Below are positions 38,237 through 53,563 of a stretch of DNA of 64,000 nt, in pieces; the first letter of the stretch is position 1; each line of letters begins with the position of its first letter. A model generated the notes under the pieces. That model was not told the origin of the DNA and did not search any database. It saw nothing but the letters and a program-made list of their open reading frames with translations. The stretch covers positions 6,944,001 to 7,008,000 of the forward strand of contig CM022675.1 of assembly GCA_012295275.1 (NCBI GenBank), in the 5' to 3' direction. Source of the stretch: Chrysomallon squamiferum. Taxonomy: Eukaryota > Animalia > Mollusca. The position numbers and the translations under genes were made by a program.

Positions 38237-40159
38237 CAACTAATCTGCTGTTTAATATTAAATAGTTTACCTTCAGAACATTCCAGTTTAATAAATTTGA
38301 TCTTTGAAGTCACTCACTGAGAATATTTACACAGCAGTATATGCACCTATTAGCACTAATGGAAGATCTTTTATGATTAAGTATATATATCAGAAAATAT
38401 CAAAATCCAAACTAAATGGTTTATATGGTGACCGAACATCATGAAGCTCTTTATAGGTATCACCAATAATTAGTCCTTATTTAACCCTTGGGGTTTTTTA
38501 AATTATTCTGGTATTTTTTTTTTTTTTTCATATTTCTTTTTGTTCACATACATTTTAAATTAGTACCTTTCACACACACACACACACTCACACACATATA
38601 TATTTCCATCTGCACCTGTAGATATGCAACAAATTGTTATATCTTTGTGTGTTTTTTTTATCTTAATTAAAGTTTATCATTCTTTGATGAATATTTGATA
38701 ACATGCATACAGAAAAATTGAAATATAATTCCTGATGTGTAGAAAAGTTGTTGTAATTTCTCTGCTCCACCCTGTTATGGTTACACCTAAGATGTATTTA
38801 GGAAATGGCATTTTGTAAATAATGTATTTTTGATGATTATACGCCTGTTTTGGCAATAACATTCATGAACAGATTCATTGATAAGACTTCATATTTTTGG
38901 ATAAAGACTGTGGAAATACATGGGGTATTTTATTTTCAAGAACAAAATGGATGCACAGATATATCCATTGATGCCAACAGGTTTATCTTTTTATATCAAT
39001 TTTAACATAATCTCATTCTTAGGAGGAAAAAGTTCAGTATTATTTCACTTTTATTTATTTATTTATTTTATCTCTTTTTTTTTTTTTTGTTTGTTTTTAA
39101 AATCTTTATTCTTTGACTATAATTTCTTTTTTTAAAAATTTAATTAAAAATCTACTCTTGATTATTAAATGTTATGTGTGAATTTAACAATACATAAAAT
39201 TGTGTTTAATTATTTTCATATTATTACTAAGAGTATCACAAACAGAATGAAATAATGTCTTGTATCTACAAAATTGCTGTAAAAAATACATTAATATATT
39301 TTAACACATGAAACTGCATTGCAGTTACTTATTTTAAACAACATTAACATCAAAACCATGAAGTACCAATTCAACACAAGATTATTCTTATTACAAAAAT
39401 CACAACAAAATCACTGCAAAATACATTAATTATCATATTTAACAGCTCATACGGCAATTGGCAATTTAGATATTAATAATAACACAGAAAGCATTTGGTA
39501 TTAATTAATATCTGAATTATCCTTTGAAACCCTTCTGTAAAGCTTCTTGGGGATGTTCATGGAAAGCTTAACAACCATCAATTTGATCAGAATAGCAATA
39601 TTTTGTAATTTAAGATTTAATATGTTTTCTCATTTTTAATCTTTTTTCTTTTTCTTTCTTTCCCTCTTATTCTTCAGATTGTTGTTAATGTTTTTATTCA
39701 ATAAACAAGAACTAAATATGAAATTTTTCTGATAAATATATTTTATTTTAAGCACACTTAATCATAAAAATTATACATCAGAGTATACTGACCTATTATT
39801 ATTTCAGTTTGACCTATTATTTATTTTTGAGTTTCATATTTCAGACAAAATTGGAGAATGGGAAAAATAAGGAAAGAGAGGAAGAAAAAAAAAAAAAGAA
39901 CCTCTTTAATTTAAAACTAAATGCACCAAACTTTGAATTCTGCACTATCTATAAACTTAATTTCACCATGCATATTAAATTTACTCAGGAGTTAACTACA
40001 AAGTTTTCTGGAAAGTAATCAGCTAAGTATCTGCCTTCCAGGTTTTCTGTACAGATATTTACAGAGCTTAATTTCTGTCCCACACAATCCGGTCTGGGAG
40101 ACAGATTGACGAATCTTGAATAAAAAAATAATCTACTCTATCCTGGAGCCCGCAGACAA

Positions 40160-40262
40160 TTTGCAGACATTAATTTAGACCCCAGACATTATTATTGACC
40201 CTAGTTTTAATACAGGCCCAGACATTAATATAGACCCAGATGTTAACATGTACCCAGCTATT
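40160..40262. repeat. Short tandem repeat, ~19-bp unit x5-6
   Basis: Recurrent CCCAGACATTAAT..AGA. Confidence 0.7.
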
Positions 40263-40646
40263 AGTTTTAATTTAACATAGTAATCACACACACACACACA
40301 CACACACATACATACATACATCAAATTTATTATTTATTTTTTTAATACTGTTTGTTTAAGTTGCAGGATATTACAGACGTTTTGTAAAAACAAAAAATAA
40401 TAATAATAAATTTGTGTATTAATTTCATTTTGTGTGTACTTCATTTTGTCAATAGTTGATGTAAGTTCGAAGATATAAAATGCATAAATTTTACAAAATA
40501 TCTGATATCAGTGTTACAGTTGTTTATCATTTAAAAAAAATTTTTTTTGAATATATGTATATATAATAGAATTTATTTTTAATTTACACTAACTGCCATT
40601 TTTTTTTTTTTTTTTTTTTTTTTCTTTTTAATGAATATTATTTCTT

Positions 40647-40680
<34 letters not shown>

Positions 40681-41718
40681 GTTTCAAAACATGTCAAGTC
40701 ATTTTATTATCATTATTGGTTTGACAAACATAAGTTCTTGTTCATTTTTTTATTTTTTTTTATTTTATAAAAAAAAAATTAATGAATATTACTTTTCTAA
40801 ATTTATCTTTATTATTTTTGGTGTGACATGTCAACATATTTTATTATGGTTATTGGCTGACAAACATAAGTTCTTGTTCTTTTTTTTTTCTTTTTAATTT
40901 ATATTTTCTCTTTTTTTTTTTTTTTTTTTTAAATAGTAATTTACTGCCAACACTTCTTGAGCTATTGATGATAAAAACTTTTAATTTTTTATACAGCATC
41001 TTATAGATGGAAAAATGCATTACATAACCTTTGATAAATTATTACTGGAGTAATCCACTGGAATGGGAAAAGGACTTTTTAAACAGACTTAATATTACAA
41101 TCAGTATTAATATAGCATATTGGTAACCAAAATCTATTTAAAAAATAGTGTTGCTGTGTTTAAATAAATATTTATTCTAAAAAACACTACTAAACATTAA
41201 GCACATTTCTTACTACAATTGAAATCTAGAGTATTAAGTTGATTTTATGGTTATAATATAAAATAACCTGTTGAAAAACAGGCTGGTATATATATATATA
41301 GATACATATATGTCAATATGTATTCATAGCTGAGAAGGTATATGTTTGCCCTGAATGGATGCATGGATGGATGGACATGCATAATGATATCCATCAATAC
41401 TAAATGAGCATTGCATTTTAACCTTTTCTTTTTGAATGAACAATAGTTGTTTCCTGCTTTACAAAACACTTTGTGAATTCAGTAAGATGTTTTTCAAAAA
41501 GGCCAGGCAAAGGTTAAATGGATTATTTTCATGATTAGCAGAATAGACACTAGCTGTGTGTATTCTGTGTATTAATGTTGTTTTTGGTAATGATGTGAAA
41601 ATCAATAAGTAGCTGAAATAACCTCCTCTGCTTCAGTTCCCATCCCATTTACATGTAACACATATAAGCTGGTGCATATGCATAATGTAGACACTGTATA
41701 CATTGTGTGTGTGTGTGA

Positions 41719-41751
<33 letters not shown>

Positions 41752-43076
41752 TGTGTGTTTCAAGAGCGCAAAGGTTAATGAGAAGATAATCCTGTGACCT
41801 ATAGATTATGACACCTAAGGCCTTTTGATGTAAATATAGCTAGACTTGAGTTACAGTGTGTGTGTGTGTGTGTGTGTGTGTGAGTGTGTGAATGGGTGTG
41901 AGTGAGAGAGAGAGAGAGAGAGCATCTAATCCTGAATAACTTAACATATCCTTTTTAAATTAAGGAGATTATCTCATTTGTATTAACACAACCAGTTGAT
42001 TGTTTTACTAACTGACCAATTTGTCACATTTCTTCTCACTGCCAAGATCTCTTCCATTTGTCAGGTGTAATTTTCCTCTTAACCTGTTTGTTGTGTGTGA
42101 TCGCACTGTTATTTGTTTCATTAGCCAGAGAGAGAGAGAGCCAGATGTACTGCTACAACCATTAACCACAGTCAGTGAATCCATGCTGTTGCTTTACAAT
42201 CTAACTGCCATCATTATTCAATTATTTAACCTTAATAGAATTGCCCGTTTGTATTATTTACACGAAAACATCACAGATATATGCATCCTGCATGTTTATA
42301 AAACTTAGTGCACCTGTGCTGTTGTCTTAGTATCTAACTGCCATTATTATCCACTTACTTAACCTTGATTTGTATTTTTTTAACATGAACAGTTAAAGGT
42401 ATGTACTGTCTTGTATATTTATATAAACATTTTACATGCTTTATTGTGCAGTGACATCTGCAACTGAAATATGGGTGTATGTAATTAGATATATAAGGGA
42501 TGTTAATAGAATGTTTTGTGTGTGTGTAAAGATTTAAATTTATTTTGTGCACATCTGTATAATTATATTTATGTGAATATATAAAGTTTCTTCTGCTATC
42601 ATAAGCATACAGAGCACCAAGTACTGTGTATTGGATGCTTCATAAATGCATTGATTGTTGTTGGTGGAGTTGTATTAGATAATAGACAAGCTGTGAAGAT
42701 TTAATAAAAATTACCTCCTCCCCCCATAAAAAAAAAGTAATCTCAGAATTTGCATTATAATTATTTTCAACTTAATGCAAACTTGGTATGAAAAAGTGCC
42801 TTCAGATTTGTCCATTTAATTAGCAACTAAATGGTCTGAACAACTGAGTAAATAAATGAATGAAATTATAGTAAACAAATGCAGCTGTTGTGATGTTGTT
42901 TGGACATCTGTAAACAAGCTGTTTGATTTTTACATTTGTGTCATGTACTTCTTATCCTCATCCATCATTACAATTTCCCCAACACATTCTTTTATTTGTT
43001 TATGTTGGACAGTATCTTAGAATGTAGCTTACTGTAGTATTTTCTTTTTAATGATTTTCTGTTATTATCACACACC

Positions 43077-43122
<46 letters not shown>

Positions 43123-44334
43123 TATACACACATACATAGGCATCCATTCCTACATACACATTCATTCACATACATCAGCTCATTTATTGATGTATACAAA
43201 TAGATACAAAATCCATTTATTTATTTGTTTATTTATTTATTGTCACACATTCTCACTGACATTCTTCATAATGCATGAAATCTAAACTTTAATATTTTCA
43301 AGTCCCATAATCTGATCTAAAGAACATAAAGAAATTAATTGTTTTTCAACATTTTTCTTTCCATTAAATATTTTATAGTCTGATAAAAATACACAAAGCT
43401 TTAAATGTCTCTGAAAGCTATCAGATTTTTTTTTCTGTTTTCTTTTAAAGTACTCTTAGAGAGAATAACCCTTTGTTACAATAAATTATTTATTACATTT
43501 TATGATTATATAATTTTTTAAAATTCACAGATCTTACATCCATTTATTTCTAAGAAGAAAAAGAAGAAAAGGTGTGTGTGTGTGTGTGTGTTATATGAAC
43601 TTATTTGTATTTGTTTTTCAAATGTTCACAGTTGCCAATTTAGAATTTTTAAAAATAAAAAAGCCTGTGCTTCTTTTTTTGTCAAATCTTCAAAATTAAT
43701 TTTTAAAACTTTACAAAAAAAAATATATAATTTTAAAATAATTAAAGCAATATATTTTTGTTCTACGAAAATTTCATCATCAGTTTCAAATTTTAAAAAA
43801 TATATTAAAAAAAAAAAAACAACAATCTGTTCATGCTCAGTTTTCAAATCTTCAATGTCAATATTTCAAAAGTTGCCAAAAAAAATATAATTTTTTTATA
43901 AAATACATAGACTGACAGAGCAATATATATTTGTTTTCATAATTTTATCATCAGTGTTTGAAAATCTGTAAAAAAAATATAATTTAAAACATAATGTTAT
44001 GAAATATGTATATGTACTTGTTTTTCAAACCTTCAAAATTCAATAAATACTTTTTTTTTGAAAAATACACTTACCTATGTTTCTCTGACTTTAAAAAAAA
44101 AAAAAAAAAAATAAAAAAAATAAAATAAAATAAAAATTCTAATGCTAAAATAGTCTAGATTAAAGCATTCTTAGATAGCATAGCCTGACCAGCCACTGAA
44201 TTATTTGTTGCCAGTGCCAAGCATAATATTCTGCAACTAAAGATGATTCTCCCAAAATAAACAAGAAATAAAAACATGTGGATCTCACCAGAACACTTAA
44301 ACTGTTTGTGAATGTATACATTTCAACTTAAAGA

Positions 44335-44660
44335 TGTTACTTAATATTTACCTGTACTGCAATATGTTTTATGTTTGTTGGTGGAAGACTAGATGGGTTG
44401 AAAAATAAAGAGCTATGGTTGTGGGTGCTTTTTTTTCAACCTAGATATTTTAATTAATATTATTTACCTGTGCTGTAAAGTGTAGGCAAGGAAGATGGAT
44501 GGATGAGTGGATGAATTTTTTTAAAGAGTTTTTATGGTAGGGTGCTTTTTTCAACATAGATATTTTAATTAATATTTACCTGTGCTTTGTTATGTTTTAT
44601 TTTTGTAGGCAGGGCAGACAGGTATATATTTTAAAAAGCACTGCAGTAGTGGGTGCTTAA

Positions 44661-44693
<33 letters not shown>

Positions 44694-44735
44694 AAATCAT
44701 ATTTTAATTAATATTTATCTGTACTGCAAATGGTT
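44335..44735. repeat. Degenerate ~120-bp tandem repeat x3-4
   Basis: Recurrent ATATTTTAATTAATATTTACCTGTGCT ... GGGTGCTTTTTTCAAC. Confidence 0.75.
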
Positions 44736-45938
44736 TTGTTTCTCAAAATTTGATCATCAGTTTTTCAAATTTTTGGTTTTTTAATATATATTTATAGATA
44801 GATTCAGTATTTTATTATTTGTATAAAGATGCAGTAGGTGTGTTTTATTTTGTTTCTGTCTGTGTGTGTGTGTGTGTGTGTGTGAAAGTATATGTATATG
44901 TATACTGTGAATAAAACTGAAGTACTGATTGATCTAATAAAACCTTTAAAACGACAGTATAGGTATTTAAAGATCTTATTTATTTAATTTGATACCTGTC
45001 ATATATGATGTATTTGATATCCCTGGGGATAAGGTGGAAGAAAAAAATAGACATAAATATACTTTAAGATAGATAATAAATTAATAGATCTAATATAATC
45101 TTGTCGTATAATATATTGTATTGGAAACCTTACTAAGTTTATTATTATTATTATTGGGATATATAAGCATAATTCAAAATGTGAATAATAGTCAAGGAAA
45201 ATATGTGTATTTATATATTAATATTATTATCTGTATTTCTACTTTTAATGCATATTGTTAAACCATTCAAGATGTAAAATGGTTGACATTCTAGAGTCCA
45301 AAAATCTGTGGACAAGCAACATCCTAAGCACATTTTGATTGGGTGCTAATTATCTTTCATTACTGACTATATTTTTCTGTTTTAACCGTTACTCTATTTG
45401 ACATGTGACTAGATTAAGATTCAGGTGCATGTAGTGGTGAATTCTGCAATCTTTGATGTTCTGTGATCTACCCTTTAGTCATATTCCTCTGTAGGTCTTA
45501 GATTACTTTCATGAGTTTCCATGTCACTGTTCTCTCCAGACAATAATTATTTTTGCTTTAAAAAAAAAAACAAAAAATAAAAAAAAAAAAAAAAATCATA
45601 AATAAGAATCATTTATAAGTGATAAAGAATATATAATACGGGTTTGAACTTAGGCTTTCCAGCCTGGAACCATAAACAGCTTCCAAGCAGAAGACAAAAA
45701 TTTAAGGCTTCTCTGAAACCTCTTAAAGCTTGTTTTGGTGTAATGAGTCATATTTAATGTTTAAATTATTCCAAATATTATGAGTAGTTTTCTGAAAATC
45801 TGAAAAATAATCAAGACAAGAGGAAGAATTATTTTTATACTCTTTATTTCCTTTTCATAAATAGGAAGTGTCAGATTGTTTAGGGCGTTCTTTAATGTTG
45901 TTTCATTGTTTGTGGAAAAAAAAAAATTGAAGAATCTG

Positions 45939-45979
<41 letters not shown>

Positions 45980-46781
45980 ATGTATATACATATGTAGACA
46001 TATAAATGATATATATATATATATATATAAAATTGACTGTGGAGGAGTTCGTGTATCTGACTCATAGCATTAGTGATTCACAACAGTTCTTATTTCGTTT
46101 CATCTGGCAGAGTGCCTGTGAAGATGGGAGTTTTTTGCCAACCATCATTCATTAAAGAACCATTTCAGCAGGTGCCACATTTTTCAAACTCTTCATGTTT
46201 TTGGTGGTGTAGTAATAGGGCTTAATTGCAATGCCAGCATTTAAATTTTCAATATGTTTGTGTTTATGCATGCACAAGTGTTTGCCAGCAGTGGTCTGTG
46301 TGTGTTTGTGCATTATATGTTTACGTATCTGTAATGAAACAGGAATTTAAATGTATGATACAAAATGAACCTCTGATGTATTGATTTTTGTTTTAAAAAA
46401 CAGCAGAAAATCCTCCACCAACATTTTGTTTATTTAATTATTTATTTTTAAAACATTTTTAAGTTGTGTGTGTGTGTGTGTGTGTTTTACATTTTGTTGC
46501 TGTTTAAGGAGAAAATGATTGTTGTTATTTCATCATTAAATATACAATCAGTCGATGTACATGAAATAATTTATAGTTGTCTATGCATAATTTAAGCTCT
46601 AGGTTTCACAAAAGCTGTTACTTCATTTAGAAAATAAATGATATTGGTGAACTGGAGGAAAGTTCGTGAGATACTCTATAAGATGTTTTAGAAAGTGATA
46701 AATTTACCTGTTTGTTTTTGTTTCATTTTTGTATGTATTAATATATAAGTTTGTGTGTGACTGCTTTATTAGTATTATTAA

Positions 46782-46812
<31 letters not shown>

Positions 46813-46851
46813 TATATGTTGTTATTACTAATTTTTATTTCTTTTGTTTTG

Positions 46852-46901
<50 letters not shown>

Positions 46902-47852
46902 CCAGGATTACATCCACTTAAAATAGATCTGGAGCTTAATATTAAAAGATTTTTAAAAAAAAGGAAAAAAAAAAAGTTAAAAAGAATAAAAATGAAGAAG
47001 CTATATTATTAAATAAGGAAAAATGTATACTTAAAATAGGTCTGAATTGAGATTTTGAAAATTCCAAAAATGTTATTTTTGTTTGTAGTCACAGTAGAAG
47101 CAGTAGCTGTAAGTAGCAGTAGTTGTTGTTGCTGCTGATGATGCTGTTGGTTACAGTACAATAACTTTTTTCAGCTTACTGTCACTGTTAACATATCTTA
47201 TTAAATAGTTTCTGATTTGTAACAGAAACAGATGAAAGACAGAGAGAGAGAGAGACGCATACACATATTTGTCAAACATCAACTAATAACTCTAATCATC
47301 TCTCACATTACTGACTTTCTGAAACAGATTATAACTTCTCCACACGATGCTCCAATTTGAGTGTGTGCCATTGGAATTTGGCTTCTGCGAGAATCTCAGT
47401 GGAAGAATACAGTTTTGGCCCATTTACAGAACTTGGCGCCATTGCATACACAAGGGCTACCGGTTTTTGTTCTGCGTGATAACAATTATTCTGAATGAAG
47501 GGTTGGATTTTTCAGTTCTAATCAAATTTTGTACACCGATAAAAAGATGTGTTCAACAGTTCTGCGCTTGTGAATGGATATTTTATTAATCTGATCACAT
47601 GTAGGTAAGTAAATAGAGTAAGTGTTAATTAAACTGAGGAAATGTAGGGATGTGCTTTAGTGGCTTTATTGACTTTTTTTTTTTTTTTTTTTTATCACTG
47701 AATCCAAAAAGGTATGTATAAAAGATGCATATTATAGATACAGAGAGATAAAACAGTTTTTGCGCTTTAGTTTAATGAATATTTGATTAACATCAGGATT
47801 ACCTGTAGGTAATTTAATTTTGTAAATTAACGAAGTCAAGGAAGTGCAGAGG

Positions 47853-47900
<48 letters not shown>

Positions 47901-47988
47901 TTTTATATTAAAAAAAAAATAGGAAACATGCATTACAGTTTTGTACAGGTGATTGCTAATAGATATTTGATTATCTTAATATCAGCTG

Positions 47989-48021
<33 letters not shown>

Positions 48022-48301
48022 AATTAATTTAACTTACTTGAAATGTTTTGTAACTCACAAATTTTTTTGAACTTTTTGTTGTAATCACATTTCATTGAAG
48101 TTTGATTTTATGTTTATAATCTAACTGTGATGTACTAAATCTTAAACATGATATATGTGCATGGGTGGAATGTGTGTGTGTTTGTGTTTATGTAAGTATA
48201 TATGTATATGTGCATTTATGTAATTCTGTGGGGTTTTTCTCTCTTTTTTTTTTTTTTTCTTAAAATGCATAAAAGCTAGTATATATTATGTATCCTTTAT
48301 A

Positions 48302-48341
<40 letters not shown>

Positions 48342-48745
48342 TGTATATCTTAATCATAATAGAAACAGAAATATTTATTTTATAAATTACAGTATATTTA
48401 AAATTGTTTTAACAGCTGTTAAATAAACAACTCTTACATAAACACTCATATTTGTATGCTGGTGTCCATGCATGGATGCGTATCCTTTTTTAAAAATAAT
48501 CATTTTTCTATTATGTTTTTTTTTTTATCTATCTGTTCTATCTAGCTGTGGTTTTTTTGCAACAACACATGTTGCATTCGTGTATCTATTTTAACTCTTG
48601 GAAAGCTAACAGTAAAAACATGCTGATAAAAAGATATTGCAGCATAGTGTACTTACTTTAACTTTTTGTTAGCTAATAGTAAAAACACAGTATGTTGATA
48701 CAAGATGGGTGTTTTGTCATTTTTAATATCATGTTAGCTATATGC

Positions 48746-48785
<40 letters not shown>

Positions 48786-48861
48786 ATGAAAAAGAGCTTG
48801 TTGAGAAGGTAACAAATACATAAGTTATTATTAGTTTACTAAGTTTATCTAATTTTTAACT

Positions 48862-48900
<39 letters not shown>

Positions 48901-51347
48901 GGGAGATATGTATGTGTGTGTATTAGTGAAACAACTGAATCACAAAATGATTATTAAGAAGTGTAAATGTTCTATCAATTCAGTGTGTGTGTTTATCTAA
49001 GAATTTTATATGTATATAATATGAAAGGTATATGCATCTGTGAATTAATGTATTACAAGATGATTATTAACAAGTGTTAATGTTGAGTGTGTGTGTGAGA
49101 TATAAGTATTTTATTTGTGTATGATGTGAGAGGTTCATACAAGGGTGAATAATGAAATAACAGTATCAAGTATAAATGTTGTTATAGTCTTGAGTGTATA
49201 TGTGTTTACATAACATGGTTTTTTCATATACACACTCCTACAGTTTAGGAGAGTCAACATACACATAAACACAAACATAAAAAAAATATTTCCACACAGC
49301 TGTATCATGTTTTGTTACTATAACATGTATAGGCTAAGGTAAAATGGGTTGGTTTTGAAGGTTTTTTTTTTTTCATTTCTTTTTTTGTTTTTTCCTTGCT
49401 TCAAACATTCACATAAAGATATATATAGACTCAAATGTACTCCCACACATTAAGAAACAAACTCAGTCTTTTTTATTGCCCATACTAGAAATACATTGAT
49501 GTTTTTTGTTCTTCTTCTTCTTTTTTTATTATTATTATTTTCCGTTTTTTGTATTTATACACAGTTTTTTATTTAATTTTTTTTCTCTCTCTCTCTCTCT
49601 CTCAGAACAAAAATTTAATTTATACTGACTTTGACATACTCCCACTTATTATAAAAATCAGATATATCTTTTCTTTTCATTTCTCTCTTTCTATATATAT
49701 TATTTTTTGGGGGGTGTTGTTGTTTTTTAGACTGATTTTCTTGAAAACAATGAACACAATATTTGTTTTTTATTTTATTTTTTCTTTTTTTGTTCTTTTT
49801 TATTTTTTTTGTTCTTGCATGTTCATGCTGCCATTTTCTCTCTCTCTCTCCCTCTCTCACTCTTTCTCTTCTATCTATCTGTCTCTGTTTCAGATACGCA
49901 TGCATTTGTGTTTTTGTTGTTTTGGGGATTTTTTCACTTGCATTTTATTATGCAGCCACTTAACAGCCATTATATGACAGAGAAAGCTGTTTTACTTCTA
50001 AACAAAATATTCCTTTAGCAAAGACTGGAAGTCCTGTGTACAGCCTGACTGATCAATGGCAAGGTATTGTCACACAGCCGTGCAGCCCAGTTTTCTTCTT
50101 CAACTTTTGTGTTCACTGTATAAAGCTAATATTTTTCAATCCTTGTTCACAGCACCAGTTTGTCAAGTGTTGCTATGCATTTGACAACTCCCCGATTCAA
50201 ATGAAAAATAAGCAAAACTTTACGTATGACTAATATACATGTTTTTAGGCAGTTTCTAAAGTGTGCAGGGGGTTTGTGCTTTGTCACTGTGCATGCTGGG
50301 TTTTTTTTTTTTTTGCCGTCGAGATTTGTATCGTAAGCCTTGATTCAAATGGATTATAAGGAAGTCTGTGGGATTGAAACTTAATATTTTGAATAGTCTT
50401 TTGTATTATTATGCTGCTTGCTTGCTGTGGTTTGTGTGGATTGATATGCACGCATGCAGTAATATTTAAGGTATTCATCTGTTTATTAAGTGTGTCTATG
50501 CATCTGACATGATACAAAATGAAAAATAAAAAAAAAAAATTGTGTGTTACGTAATGTCAAATGTCTAATCAGCTATTTTATTTTTTCCTTAATGGTCTGT
50601 GTTTCCATTAAATGAAAAAGGAATTCAAGTCATAAAGAAATACATTTAGTTTTTTTGGCAGTTATTAATTTCAAGATTATTTTGGAACTGGAAGAGGTTA
50701 CGTGATTAGGCACCTTGACCTGAGAATAAGAATTGAAAAAGCAATAAGCTGTGATATAGAAAGCTCAACAAGTGATATATACTTTGAAATATACTTTTAC
50801 ATTATTCAGAAGCTTTAAAAATAAGGAAGTGATAGAGATACAAAAAATGTGGTCTGTGTTTAAATTTCACGAATCCAGGCATATGGACAGAAACAAGTAT
50901 TAAAGAAAGGAATATACTAGGTAAAAAAAAACAAAAAAACAAGCAGTTTTATTGTTGTGGCCTATGTTTTGACTTGTCATAAAAGCATACTACTACATAC
51001 GTGATAAATATGTTTACTGCAGTTTTATAAAGACTGAACTTGAGGAAATACAACTGTACTTGAAGTGATTATTGGATTAACTTGATGGGATTATGATATC
51101 AATCAGATTAACCTGACATCTGGCTGACTTCTTGGCCTTACATACAGACATCTTGTGACTAACCTAAGTTTATATCCGTAAGTGATAAAGAAATTTTTCT
51201 TTACTAAAGGACAGAGCTAAAAGCATGGGTGTGTTTGAAAATGAAAGAGAACCCAAAAAGAATGTTATATCAGTCAATATTTGATATCTGAACTATTTTT
51301 ATGTTTAATGATACTGTGTTACTGTGTGTGTTTGTGTGTGTGTGTTT

Positions 51348-51437
<90 letters not shown>
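51348..51437. repeat. (GA)n microsatellite
   Basis: Direct reading. Confidence 0.97.
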
Positions 51438-51440
<3 letters not shown>

Positions 51441-53525
51441 TTTAATTATTATTATTTTTTTTTTTTAGATTATTCCATATTATATTAACTAATCTATGGA
51501 AGAGGTCTATGTTTAAAACACTTACCACTTTATGAAATGTATATTTAATCATTCCATGTCAAATCACCCAGCTTCTTTAACTTAGTATTTTTGTTCATTA
51601 CAGATAGGAAATTTGAAATGAAAAATAACAGATATTTCTTGCATTAGATCAGTTGTTTAAGATATATCAAACTCAAAAGCTTGGATTCTTTTTCAAAATA
51701 TATATTTTGAACCTATATTTTATCACTGGGGAAATAACTAATTTACAGATTCCATATTTGTCGTTATTTTTCAAATTGATATAGATTAAATATTAATGGC
51801 CTTGACCTTGTTGAATTCAAGATTTTGTAATAATATTAATCTTCCTTTCATAATTATATTTTTAAAATAAACTAATATCATCCTAAGAAAAAAGGTATGA
51901 TAAGGGAATAAGAGAGGATTTCATGAAGCTATGATGTAATATAGTGGTGGATAAGATAGTGCCAGTGTCTGTCTAAAATTTTTACAATGATCTTTTTCAA
52001 CAGCTGAATAATAAACACAGCTTTTAATCTTTTTTTTTAAAAGAATTTTGGCAAGTACATTTTTTAGAATAATTTATTACTTTTCATATTTTCCAAGCAC
52101 TTTAAATTTTAATAGAATTATTTTGGGTAAATGTAAAATAAGTAAAAAATATTTTGCTACTGTTGCTACAATTGTTCCAGTCAAGAAGCTCAATATGAGA
52201 ATGGTTGGAAAGGGAAAATATTGAATAAAAAAAATATCCAGATTGAAAAAAGACTGTATGATCTACTTCTGTGTAATACGTCAAAGGACTGCGTATTAAT
52301 ATTTGGTAAATAAATATAAGAGTAGATTATGTTAATCTTTTAACCTTTTATAATCCTAAATAATCCATATTGATTTTACGATGTGGAAATGTCATTTGAT
52401 GATTGTTCAGAGAATCCCATAAATCCTTAATGACAGTAAAAAAAAAAATAATAATAATTAGTGTAGTACCATTCTTCTTACTAATAATCATGCTTATCAT
52501 ATGCTTAATGATAAATATCATTTCTAGATTTGTGTATCAGAAATAATTATTAATATATCAGTAATATTCTCTATTGCATCTGTTCTTCAGTGTCTTCAGA
52601 CTTGCATTGTTTACCTCCTGGGTAAATTGTCACAATTTAGACTTTCTAGTGATCATTTTACTAACCATACACAATACCACCAAAGTATAAGAGAATCTCT
52701 TGTTTTATTTTATCACATCTTCATCAATCTGGTGTGATGTCTGGATGTAATCTAGTTCAATCATAAGTATTTGCAAATTAAATTCCAATATCAACCTCTG
52801 TACTGAACAGGCTTGATATACATTCATGTTAAAAAAAAGTTTCTATGAAAATCTATGAATAAATATTTGTTTTACAATATCTCAACTCATTAATTGTTAC
52901 AGGACAACACATACCATAGTCATTTATAAACCCATGTTCTAACTGCTGAGCTATAATCTGCTTTTGCTTCAGATTTTTCTTGAACAATGAGTGAATGACC
53001 TTTTATTATTATTATATTATTATTAAAACATTTTTTAAATAATTTTTATTGTTGCTATTATTCCTTCGTAATTATATGCTAGAAAAATGAGTTATTAAGT
53101 GTTCATTAAAAACACGTGCTAATGATAAAAAGATCATTCTCTTTAATCTGAAGCTTACTAAAAGCAATTTCATGTTATTGGAGATAGCAAATTTTCCCTC
53201 TTCTCTAACACAACAAGTTACATCCTGTTGTTTTAATGTCTGATTTATCTGTCTGCCCACGTACAGAGACAAACTAATTATTTTCATTTCATGTAGTTTC
53301 TTTAGTTTATGTGTATGTGTGTGTGTATGTATAATACATATATATATATATATAGACTGATAGATAGACATACATAGATATTAACAAATTTTGCTGAAAA
53401 AAAATGCATCAAAACATTTTTTAATTCTTCCTTTTTTCTTTTTGATATATGTTTTGTTTCCTTTTTCTTCTTTATCTTCTTTTTTTTCCATTTGTTATTT
53501 TTCTTATTATTTTCTTTCTTTCATT

Positions 53526-53563
<38 letters not shown>

